Shown here: piece after piece, positions 29,571-38,156 of the stretch
Layout: each line of letters starts with the position of its first letter
How positions within the stretch are numbered: the first letter of the stretch is position 1
The notes under the pieces: generated by a model
The model's database searches: none
The model's input: the letters and a program-made list of their open reading frames with translations, nothing else
Told to the model about the DNA's origin: nothing
Program-made: the position numbers and the translations under genes
DNA from: an uncultured Phycisphaeraceae bacterium
GTDB lineage: Bacteria > Planctomycetota > Phycisphaerae > UBA1845
Direction of reading: 5' to 3'
DNA: 64,000 nt
NCBI GenBank assembly: GCA_964495075.1
Contig: CAZBUJ010000009.1
Coordinates: 36,086 to 100,085 of the forward strand

Positions 29571-30686
29571 ATGAGCATCTGTAGTCAAGCTGAGAATCCG
29601 TGCCCGGCGTGCGAGACGGCCGGTACGTTCGACGACCGGGCCGACGCCGCCCGGCGAATGACTCTCGCTTTGGCCGACGCCCGCCGGCGCGGCCTGGACC
29701 CGGTCGCCTTGTACGGCGCCGGCGCCCACACCGCGAAGGTCGTCGAGTCCCTGTTTCATTCGCCGGTTCGCATCGCGGCATTCGTGGACGACGATCGCCT
29801 CCGGCAGGGGCGTGCGGTGTTCGGCTGGGAGGTCGTGGCGCCGGCGCGGGCGGTTGAGCGGGGCGTCCGGGCCGTCGTCCTGAACAGTGATTGGTGTGAG
29901 CCCCAGTTGCTCGAGCGATGCGGCGTGTTCGAGCAGGCCGGCATCCCGGTGCTGCGGCTCTACGCTGATCGGGTGCGGCGGCCGCCGGCCCCGACGACGG
30001 TGCCCGAGATCGAACGGGCAATGGCCGGCCCGTTCCCGCTGTGCCGCGACGCGGTGCACACGTACTGGCGGAGCCGCGGGGCGTCCGAGGCGTCGGCGGA
30101 GAACGCGCCGGACCAGTACACCACGAACATAGCGTGGAGTCAGATGCTGGCGGACTGGATGCAGGAGGCGGGCGTTGGGCCATCCGATGCGATTCTCGAG
30201 CTGGGCTGCAACATCGGTCGCAACCTGGCAGTGCTGAACCGGCGCGGGTCCCGCCGACTGCACGCGATCGAAATCAATCCGCACGCCGTCGCCGCCATGA
30301 GCCTCCACTATCCGGACACGAGTGGGCGGGTCGACGTCACCATCGGTTCGTTTGAAGACGTCTTGCCCGGCATCGCCGACGACGCGTATCACGCCGTCTT
30401 CAGCATGGCGGTGCTGGAGCACGTGCATCCCGACTCGGATGCGATCTTCGAGCACGTGGTGCGGATTGCCGGACGGTATATTGTCACCATCGAGGATGAA
30501 GCGACGGCGACTCCGCGTCACTTCGCTCGCGACTACCGCGAGGTGTTCGAGAGCCGCGGGTGCCGGCAGGTGCGGATGCTCGACTTCGACCAGGTGAGCG
30601 CGGAGGAGTTCAATCTCGCCGGCTTCTCGCACGGCCACGTGGCGCGGCTGTTCGAGGTCGGCGACGGATCAGAGGGCAAACGGTAG
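29571..30686 (+). CDS. SAM methyltransferase with N-terminal Rossmann-like module
   Basis: VALYGAGAHT..FVDD module; ILELGCNIGRNL, MAVLEHVHP. Confidence 0.85.
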   Translation: MSICSQAENPCPACETAGTFDDRADAARRMTLALADARRRGLDPVALYGAGAHTAKVVESLFHSPVRIAAFVDDDRLRQGRAVFGWEVVAPARAVERGVRAVVLNSDWCEPQLLERCGVFEQAGIPVLRLYADRVRRPPAPTTVPEIERAMAGPFPLCRDAVHTYWRSRGASEASAENAPDQYTTNIAWSQMLADWMQEAGVGPSDAILELGCNIGRNLAVLNRRGSRRLHAIEINPHAVAAMSLHYPDTSGRVDVTIGSFEDVLPGIADDAYHAVFSMAVLEHVHPDSDAIFEHVVRIAGRYIVTIEDEATATPRHFARDYREVFESRGCRQVRMLDFDQVSAEEFNLAGFSHGHVARLFEVGDGSEGKR

Positions 30687-30691
30687 GGAGT

Positions 30692-30760
30692 AGAGGCTAT
30701 CCCGAGACTCTTGTGGCACTGTCTTGGCACCGGTGTTGTTCCGGCCTCGGCGTAGCTTCC
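30692..30760. repeat. MITE/REP-like element, copy A (degenerate)
   Basis: gctatccc..tgtggcac..tggcaccggtgtt..tagcttcc, collinear with 34852-34922. Confidence 0.65.
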
Positions 30761-30789
30761 CGAGGGGCACCGCGCGCAAGGGAGTTGAT

Positions 30790-33225
30790 TCAGGCCGGCC
30801 CGAGGGCTTCGACCATCCACTCGCACAGCCGTCGCATCAGGGCCTGGTGACCGAACGCCTCCAGCATTCGCTGTCGCATCCGGCGGGCGGTTTCCCGGCG
30901 CTCTTCCTCGTTGGTCAGAAATCGCTGGAGTTGCCCCGCGAGTTCGTCGGCCGAGCCGAAGGTGACGGCGTCAAGGTCCGGCCAGACGCGCAGCGAGGCC
31001 ATCTGCACGTCGCTCCGTTCGCTCACCGCCCGGGCCGACGCCACGTGCTCCGGAGTGATGGTCTCCTCGACGAAGGGGTCGGTGCCCATCATTTTGCGGA
31101 CGGCCACGTACCACTCGTTCGCCGGCGGGGGCAACACTTCGGGCCAGCAGACGGTGTCGCCTGGCTTGACCCGGCCTTCGCACAGCGCTTCGTTCACGGG
31201 GCGGGCGGATCGGTCGGAATAGTCCACGGCGTGCCGGCGCAGCAGCAGGAACCCGCCCGCAGCGAGGCCGTCGAGCACCCGCTGGTGCATGGCGTTGTTG
31301 CAGCCGGCGTGCAGGTTCACCCTGGCCGCCCGCACCGCCCGGCCCAGCTCCGGGCCGTGCTTGAGATACCCGGCCGCGTACGTGGAGAACGTCGGGTGCG
31401 TGTCCCAGCCGTTGCCGTAGAGGCGGAAGACGTGGCCGGTCGCATCGGCCCAGCGGGCGGTCCACTCGATCGTCTGGCGGCGGATGAGTTGATCGACGAT
31501 CGGGTGGATGAAGGTGTTGACCAGCGGCTCGCGCTGCGGCGGCCCCAGCTGGATTCCGAGGGCCGCCGCCGAGCGATCCAGGTAGGCGTACTTGTCGAGT
31601 CCGCCGTTGAGGTCCCCGTGTTGGGCGAGGGCGATCAGTTCCTCGTACATCGCGTCGATCAGTCGCTGCATTCCGGCGTCGCAGTGCGTGCGAAACTCGT
31701 TGTGGACCGCGTCGGGGGCCCGCCCGCGGTTCGTGGCGAATGCGACGTCACAGGCGTACGGCGAGTCCGGCTCGAGCGGACCGTCGCCGGCCAGCACGGC
31801 CTCGATGTCGACGCCTTCGTCGAAGAAGACGGCCGGGTCCGTAGCCATCTTGCATTCCAGGAACTGGTCGGCCGGGTAGCCGTAACCTTCCGACAACTCG
31901 TTACGCCCGAATCCCATGCAGAAATCGAGCGGGCCCATGGCTTCGCCCGTCTGGCGGTCGCACAACCACGGGAGGCGATCCTGGATCCACGTGACGAACG
32001 GAATGTTGTCGGTCACGCCGTCTCGCTGACCGGCGCGGGTGTGGTCGATCATGAGGACCAGGTCGGGCTCGAAGTCGCGGATCGTGCTGAGGATGGTCTC
32101 CGGCGTGAGTCGGGCGTGGTTGCTGGGTTCGATCAGCAGGCGCGTGGGGCAGCCCAGGGCGTCGAACGCCCGAATCGTGTCACGCATCGAGTACTGCAGT
32201 ACCGTCGTGAAGCGGCACGTCACGCCGAGCACACGCAGCGGCGGGGCGTTGCCGTGCACCGCATCACGGTACCGCTGTTGCCACCAACGCCGGTCGCGTC
32301 CGGCGTACTTCGTCTCGACCGCTTCCCGAAGAGTCATGCAGCGCGCTTGTACCCGCGCGCCCAGTTTTTCCAGGAGCGGCGTCAGGCCTGTGCCGTTGGG
32401 TGGCGGGCCCCACAGGCCGGCTCGGACGACGGCCTGCGGCGGCGCGTTGGTCATGTCGTCTTCGATGATCTTGGCGAGTACGTCGAAGGCCTCGGGACCG
32501 AGGCAGAACCGTACGCGTTCGTCGGCCAGCAGGGCACGCCAGTCGCTCAGGTGAAAGGCGACGGCCACACCCAGCCAGGACGGCTCGATCTGGTAGAGCA
32601 CCGCGCTGGCGCCGAGGAAGGTGTTCGCCGTGGCGGCATGGAGCCAGGGCAGGTGGTGGCCCAGACCGATCCCCTCGATCGCCATGGCCGGCGGGATGCG
32701 GCCGTTCAGTTGGGCGGCCAGCTCCGCCGCCGGCGGTTGCGGGACGTGGTTGGCGAATCGCGGTCGCCAGCCGCCTTCCCGGTCGATCCGGCGGTCGAAT
32801 ACCTGGTACAGTCCGTGCGCGGTCTGGTGCAGCTCGAGAAACCGCCGCTCCGCCCGCCACGCGGCGGCCACGTCGTCGGCGAAGTCGCGGTGCTCGCGGG
32901 CGGCGGCCAGGTTGGCTTCGAACGGCTGGTTGAATCGGCTCCACGCGATCTGGCCGTCGTGCCGGGTCGCGGCGAGCTGCCGGCGCAGGGCCGCGAAGGC
33001 GGGCTGCTGCCGGACGGACTCGGACAGCCCCTCGCCCAGGGCGGCGGCCCGCCGCAGCAGGCCGACTTCCGCCAGACGGCGCATCAGCAGGAACCGGAGC
33101 TCGTCGTGCGGCTCGCCTTGCGACAGCACCGCCGTGGCGCCCGTGACGAACGGCCCCAACTCCCCTCGGCGTCCCAGCGCGAGCAGTTCGTCGACCGTGG
33201 TCGTGGGTGTGAGCGTCGTTTGCAT
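30790..33225 (-). CDS. Large Maf-like/CgeB-type glycosyltransferase
   Basis: GIGLGHHL in the N-terminal part; TWIQD, LYGNGW, VNLH, HQRVLDGLAAGGFLL (CgeB-like C-terminus). Confidence 0.7.
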   Translation of the reverse strand: MQTTLTPTTTVDELLALGRRGELGPFVTGATAVLSQGEPHDELRFLLMRRLAEVGLLRRAAALGEGLSESVRQQPAFAALRRQLAATRHDGQIAWSRFNQPFEANLAAAREHRDFADDVAAAWRAERRFLELHQTAHGLYQVFDRRIDREGGWRPRFANHVPQPPAAELAAQLNGRIPPAMAIEGIGLGHHLPWLHAATANTFLGASAVLYQIEPSWLGVAVAFHLSDWRALLADERVRFCLGPEAFDVLAKIIEDDMTNAPPQAVVRAGLWGPPPNGTGLTPLLEKLGARVQARCMTLREAVETKYAGRDRRWWQQRYRDAVHGNAPPLRVLGVTCRFTTVLQYSMRDTIRAFDALGCPTRLLIEPSNHARLTPETILSTIRDFEPDLVLMIDHTRAGQRDGVTDNIPFVTWIQDRLPWLCDRQTGEAMGPLDFCMGFGRNELSEGYGYPADQFLECKMATDPAVFFDEGVDIEAVLAGDGPLEPDSPYACDVAFATNRGRAPDAVHNEFRTHCDAGMQRLIDAMYEELIALAQHGDLNGGLDKYAYLDRSAAALGIQLGPPQREPLVNTFIHPIVDQLIRRQTIEWTARWADATGHVFRLYGNGWDTHPTFSTYAAGYLKHGPELGRAVRAARVNLHAGCNNAMHQRVLDGLAAGGFLLLRRHAVDYSDRSARPVNEALCEGRVKPGDTVCWPEVLPPPANEWYVAVRKMMGTDPFVEETITPEHVASARAVSERSDVQMASLRVWPDLDAVTFGSADELAGQLQRFLTNEEERRETARRMRQRMLEAFGHQALMRRLCEWMVEALGPA

Positions 33226-33244
33226 CGGTGCCGTCTTCGGTGAC

Positions 33245-33298
33245 GTATCGGCACCGGTCGGCGATCGCCTAAAGGCGTTTCGGGGCCGGTGCCGATAA
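33245..33298. promoter_or_regulatory. Symmetric divergent sigma-28-type promoter pair
   Basis: Plus strand TAAA-N17-GCCGATAA; minus strand TTTA-N17-GCCGATAC; 12-bp inverted arms at 33246-33257 and 33286-33297. Confidence 0.65.
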
Positions 33299-33403
33299 TC
33301 TCCGGACGGTCGGGCCTGGAGAGGGTGTGCCCCGGGCCGACCCCCGCCGACACTCCGGCGACCGGCTGGCGGCAGGACAAGCGTGGAACGCGAGCGTGAC
33401 CTC

Positions 33404-34807
33404 ATGCCGGACCGGCCCGACATCTCCATCATCACTCCGTGTTACAACGCGGAGGACACGATCGACGATACGCTGGCGTCGATTTGCGGGCAAACGCATA
33501 CCAACTGGGAAGCGATCTGCATCGATGACGAGTCCACGGACGCCACCCCGGAGCGACTCGCCGAGCACGCACGGCGCGACGCGCGGATCCGTGTGCTGCA
33601 CGGTCCGCACGGTGGACCCGGACCCGCCCGTAACCTCGGCGTGGCGGCCGCCCGGGCCGACCGGCTGCTGTTCGTCGACGCGGACGACCAGCTTCGGCCC
33701 GATGCCGTGGCGGTGCTGCTCGAAATGGCCGGGCGATGCGACGACCGCACACTCGTCGTCGCCGGCTATGAACTCCTGGATGAGGTCGGCCGACCGTTGT
33801 CGCTGTACCGGTTTCCCCGCGTGGATCACTTCAGCGTGGATGGGCTGCTGCGTGGCAACCCGTTGACTCCGATGACTTTGGTTCCGGCCGCGATGCTCGA
33901 CGCAGAGGCGTTCGATGCCCGCCAGGAGGTGCAGCCTTGCGCGGACTGGGACTTGTGGTTGCGGTTGGCGTCGACGGGCGCGAAATGCGTGGCCGTACCC
34001 CGCGTGCTGTTTCGTTATCGCCTGCGCGCCCTCAGCATGAGCCATCACGCGGATGCGACCCACGCGGCGGCCCGGTACGTGGTGGAACGATGGCTGCCCC
34101 GGGCGACCGATCCCGGGTCCCTGCACGATGCTCGGCATCGCACGGCGTACAACGGCGGAGCGGTCGCTCTCGCGGCGGGCGATCCGCGTGCGATCGATCG
34201 TTTCCTGGCCGATCTGCCGGAACTGGATCCGAGTGACGAGTTCCTCGCGCACGTGGTTGGCTGTCTGCAATACGCCTTCGTGTTCGTACGCGGTGCCATC
34301 GGGCAGGCCTGGCACGACCGCGCCGACGATTGGCTCGCGGAGATTCGCGACTGGGTACAGGCGACACCGATCGCCCCGCACGCCGGTCGGATGCTGGCCC
34401 AGCCGGTCGGCTTCGCGGTGGATTCACGTCGGCCGCTGGCGGCGGCGACGGATTTCATCGACCGCCACGTGGCGGCGACGGTCGTGGTGTACGGGTTGGG
34501 GACGAACGGGTTGATCGTCCTGGAGCATCTCCGCGGTGATCGGGGAATCGACGCGGCCCGCCTGCGGGCGGCGGACGACCGGTTGACGGACGATCAACTC
34601 GCGGTGGCCGGAGTGGCTCGAGTCGATCCGCGCCGGTGGGACGGCTGGCCGCCCGACACGGTGGTGCTGGTGACGCCCAATGACCACGAGTTGATCTGCC
34701 GCCACCTGGCGCGAGCTGGCGGCCGCGAAGGCCGTCATTTTCTCGTGGTGCCGACCGCGCGGAGCGTAGCCGGCCCCCGCGCCGCCTGGCACGGGCTCCC
34801 CGCCTGA
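33404..34807 (+). CDS. GT2 glycosyltransferase with C-terminal Rossmann-like module
   Basis: ISIITPCYN, IDDESTD, ARNLG, FVDADD, DWDLWLR; tail VVVYGLGTNG. Confidence 0.9.
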   Translation: MPDRPDISIITPCYNAEDTIDDTLASICGQTHTNWEAICIDDESTDATPERLAEHARRDARIRVLHGPHGGPGPARNLGVAAARADRLLFVDADDQLRPDAVAVLLEMAGRCDDRTLVVAGYELLDEVGRPLSLYRFPRVDHFSVDGLLRGNPLTPMTLVPAAMLDAEAFDARQEVQPCADWDLWLRLASTGAKCVAVPRVLFRYRLRALSMSHHADATHAAARYVVERWLPRATDPGSLHDARHRTAYNGGAVALAAGDPRAIDRFLADLPELDPSDEFLAHVVGCLQYAFVFVRGAIGQAWHDRADDWLAEIRDWVQATPIAPHAGRMLAQPVGFAVDSRRPLAAATDFIDRHVAATVVVYGLGTNGLIVLEHLRGDRGIDAARLRAADDRLTDDQLAVAGVARVDPRRWDGWPPDTVVLVTPNDHELICRHLARAGGREGRHFLVVPTARSVAGPRAAWHGLPA

Positions 34808-34851
34808 CCCGACCGCAGGCCGTGTCCTCCCGACCTGCGGATCAACTGTTC

Positions 34852-34922
34852 TGGAAGCTATCCCCAAACCCGTGTGGCACCCGCCTGGCACCGGTGTTTC
34901 CTCGGCTCCGGGATAGCTTCCA
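34852..34922. repeat. MITE/REP-like element, copy B, with perfect 13-bp terminal inverted repeats
   Basis: TGGAAGCTATCCC ... GGGATAGCTTCCA. Confidence 0.75.
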
Positions 34923-35111
34923 CTCGCTCGGCCGAAGGCCGCAAGCCTGTCGTAGCCCTGCAGCGGCTGACGGCAAAACGGAGGGCGGGTCCTCCATGCC
35001 GAAAACGGCGGCGATCCCAAAGAGAGGTTGCGGGAACGGTACGCACGGAAGTTGGCCCCGCACGGCCATGCGCTCCGGTCTGCTCCTATCCGGTCTCTCG
35101 GCCGAGGGCCG

Positions 35112-35720
35112 TCAGATACCGGCGAGTACGGCGAGGCGGATCAGGTCGGCCAGCGTTTCGGACTCGGTTTTGTGCATGATGCGGGCACGGTGTGCCTCGA
35201 CCGTCCGCGTGCTGATCCCGAGTCGTGCGGCGATCTCCTTGCTGAGCAGCCCTTCCGCCACCATCTCAAGGACTTCCCGTTCGCGTTCCGTCAGCTGTTT
35301 GAGGCGGGTCCCGGCGTGGGCTCGGCGGGCGGCCTCGGCTTTCACGCGGTGGTCTTTCTGGAGTGCGCCCCGGACGCAAGTCAGCAGCGTCTGGCCGTCG
35401 AACGGTTTTTCAAGGAAATCGACGGCGCCGGCCTTCATCGCGCGGATCGCGATCGGCACGTCGGCGTGGCCCGTGATCATGATCACCGGCAGATCCACGT
35501 GGCGGGCTTTCAGTTGCTCCTGCAATTCAAGCCCGGTCATGCCCTGGAGCCGAACGTCCAGCACGACGCACCCTTGCATCCCATCGCTGCACGCGGCCAG
35601 GAACTCTTCGGCCGACGCATAGAGCTGGTGAGCGAGGCCCGACCGGCTGAGAAGCCATCCCATCGAGTCACGGAACGCCGGGTCATCATCCACAACGAAT
35701 ACGATCGGTTCCTGGCACAT
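35112..35720 (-). CDS. FixJ-family response regulator (REC plus LuxR HTH)
   Basis: VVDDD, LDVRL, ITGHAD, FLEKP, LTEREREV, STRTVEAHR. Confidence 0.95.
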   Translation of the reverse strand: MCQEPIVFVVDDDPAFRDSMGWLLSRSGLAHQLYASAEEFLAACSDGMQGCVVLDVRLQGMTGLELQEQLKARHVDLPVIMITGHADVPIAIRAMKAGAVDFLEKPFDGQTLLTCVRGALQKDHRVKAEAARRAHAGTRLKQLTEREREVLEMVAEGLLSKEIAARLGISTRTVEAHRARIMHKTESETLADLIRLAVLAGI

Positions 35721-35855
35721 TAGAAGAAGCATGGGTCTCGTGTCCCATGCAACGTATGTTAGTGGCGGACCAACGGCGGCGTAATACGTATTTCTACGGA
35801 TGCAAGCGATTCCAGGGCCCCTTTTTCCGACTCGGTGCGGCTTTATCTCGCTCGA

Positions 35856-37757
35856 TTATGACTTGGGGGCCGCCGGCGCCCGACCTGCGGACGGCAGCGT
35901 AAACTGAAATGAAGTGCCGTGCGGGTCGTGGTGACGGGCCGTCAACCGCCCGCCATGGTCTTCGATGATCGACCGGCAGATGGCCAGGCCGAGTCCAAGC
36001 CCTTCGGCCCGGGTGGTGTAGTATGGGTCGAAAACCCGTTCGAGCTGATCGTCGGTCAATCCGGTGCCGTTGTCGGTGACCGTGATCTGCACGAGGCGAT
36101 CCGTGCTGTGACGGGTCTGGATCATGATGGTCGGGTTACGGATGTTTTCGGCCACGAGGGCCTCCACCGCATTCTTGAGCAGGTTCGTGACGACCTGCTG
36201 GAGCAGGACGCGGTCGCCGACGGTGTGGGGGGCCGGGTCCGCGAGGTCCGCGGTGACCACCACCCCGGCGACGGAGGTCTCGTGGTCGAGCAGCTCGATG
36301 ACATCGCGGACCACGTCGTTCAAGTTCACTTCGGTCAGTTCCCGCTCGCGTCGGCCGACGAAACGGCGGGTCCGACGGATCACGCGGGCCGCCCGGCGGG
36401 CCTCGGCCGCGATGCGGCCCATCGCGTCCAGCAGGGTGTCCCGGCTCCCAGTGTCGTCACGGATCATGGCGGCGCAGCCCGCGGCGTAGTTGCTGATCGC
36501 CCCCAGTGGCTGATTGAGCTCGTGGGCCATGGTGGTGGCCATCTCGCCGATCGTGCTCAACCGTGACAGGTGGGCGAGGTCGGCCAGTCGTGACCGCGCC
36601 AATTCCTCCGCCCGCTTCATCTCGGTCGCGTCGCGGGTGATGGCCAGGATCTCGACGACCGAGCCGGACTGCGGATCGCGGATGCTCCGCGATTTCGAGT
36701 CCACCCACACGAACGAGCCGTCCGCCCGGCGAAGGCGGCACCGGATGTGGACGTCGCCCACCCCCTGCCGGATGACTTGGTGCCGGTCATGCACCATCGG
36801 GAGGTCCTCCGGATGGACGAAATCGAAGATGTTTCGCCCGATTATCTCCGATGGGGCGCGCCCCAGGAGTGAACGGCAGGCCGGTGAGGCATATCGACAG
36901 ACACCTTCGGTGTCGTGCCGCGTGATCATGTCCGAAGCATGGTCGGCCAGCAGGCGGTAGCGGGCTTCGCTGTCCTGCAGGGCTTCTTCCGCGCGGCGAT
37001 GTTCGGTGAGGTCGCTGAGGACGGCGAAGAGCCCGGCCACGTTTCCGTTCTCGTCGACGTCGGGGACATAGCTCGCTCGCATCCACCGCTGTCCCCAGGG
37101 GGAGACGGCAATATCCGCCTCGAATGTGACCGGCACGCCCGCGAGCGCGAGGTCCATGTGCGGCTTGACCTGGGTGGCGTAGACGGACTCGCCCACCACG
37201 TCGCGCACGTGTCGCCCCACGATGTCCGTCCATTGTTCGGCGCGCCAGATTTCATATTGTCGATTGGCGAACTGGTAGTACCCGTTCGAGTCGATGTAGG
37301 CGATCAGCGAGGCCACGTTCTCCATGACGAGCCGGAGCTGGGATGCCCTTCGCCGCGCGTTGGCCTCGGCCGCCTTGAGGGCGGTGATGTCGAATCCCGC
37401 CCCGTACACGTGCGTGACGCGTCCCGCCTCGGGGTCCTGCTCCGGTCGAGCGGCGTCGCGCACCCAACGGATCTCGCCCGATTGCCCGACGGCGCGGAGG
37501 ACGCGGACATCATCCCGACCGGCCAGCAAAGCGGCTTTGCGCTCCGCCGCGATCGGCGCGTCGTCGGCGTGCAGCGTCAGTCCGAGGCCGTCACACCCGA
37601 TCACGTGCCGCTCCTCGTAGGCGAACAGGCGCCGGAAGCCGGGCGAGACCCATTCATAGAGCAGGCGTCCGTCCAGCGTCACGTTCAGGGCGTACAGGTA
37701 GTCGGCCGCCAGTTCCGCCGCCCGGTGCAGGGCCGCGTTGCGCTCATCGGGCTGCAT
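35856..37757 (-). CDS. Cytoplasmic multi-PAS sensor histidine kinase (FixL-like)
   Basis: Three PAS/PAC-like units, AHELNQPL H-box, NLLKNA, DNGTG, GLGLGL; no TM segment seen. Confidence 0.93.
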   Translation of the reverse strand: MQPDERNAALHRAAELAADYLYALNVTLDGRLLYEWVSPGFRRLFAYEERHVIGCDGLGLTLHADDAPIAAERKAALLAGRDDVRVLRAVGQSGEIRWVRDAARPEQDPEAGRVTHVYGAGFDITALKAAEANARRRASQLRLVMENVASLIAYIDSNGYYQFANRQYEIWRAEQWTDIVGRHVRDVVGESVYATQVKPHMDLALAGVPVTFEADIAVSPWGQRWMRASYVPDVDENGNVAGLFAVLSDLTEHRRAEEALQDSEARYRLLADHASDMITRHDTEGVCRYASPACRSLLGRAPSEIIGRNIFDFVHPEDLPMVHDRHQVIRQGVGDVHIRCRLRRADGSFVWVDSKSRSIRDPQSGSVVEILAITRDATEMKRAEELARSRLADLAHLSRLSTIGEMATTMAHELNQPLGAISNYAAGCAAMIRDDTGSRDTLLDAMGRIAAEARRAARVIRRTRRFVGRRERELTEVNLNDVVRDVIELLDHETSVAGVVVTADLADPAPHTVGDRVLLQQVVTNLLKNAVEALVAENIRNPTIMIQTRHSTDRLVQITVTDNGTGLTDDQLERVFDPYYTTRAEGLGLGLAICRSIIEDHGGRLTARHHDPHGTSFQFTLPSAGRAPAAPKS

Positions 37758-37816
37758 GATGATCCTCTGCCAATCGCCGATGCGAATGCCGGGTCGGGAC
37801 GTGGCCGGCAACCCGA

Positions 37817-37824
37817 TTATCGGC
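37817..37824 (-). promoter_or_regulatory. Putative sigma-28 -10 element upstream of the PAS kinase
   Basis: GCCGATAA 60 bp upstream of ATG 37757. Confidence 0.5.
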
Positions 37825-37994
37825 ACATCGCCAAGGGACTATTCTGACCGATCGTGCCCGGCACGGCGATGCCGTATTTGTACGCAATTGGAGGCCAGAT
37901 GTGTAGTGCCGTGCAGCGAATGCCCGATGAGTGTGGCAAGGGGGTCGAATTGTTCCAGGGGCCGCAATCCAGGCGGGGAGGTACTTACAACACG

Positions 37995-38056
37995 GCCTGC
38001 GGTGACGCGTGGCGCCCCTGGGACCCGACCGACCACAACACCGCAGGCGTTTTTTT
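37995..38056 (+). terminator. Hairpin with T-tract, oriented opposite to the flanking genes
   Basis: GCCTGCGGTG (37995-38004) pairs with CACCGCAGGC (38039-38048), followed by GTTTTTTT. Confidence 0.45.
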
Positions 38057-38156
38057 GGGTGCGGCCACTGGCCAGCGGTGGGATGATATAGAGTGGCCGG
38101 TCCAGGGGTGGTGGGCTACCCCGCCGGGCCGTCGCGTGTGCCGCGAGCCAATCCCG

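Noticed and set aside
30714-30729. Sigma-54 promoter (TGGCAC..TGGC with GG-N10-GC spacing), also near 34874
   Set aside because: Both lie inside the repeated element at gene 3' ends, point at no start codon and lack the TTGC -12.
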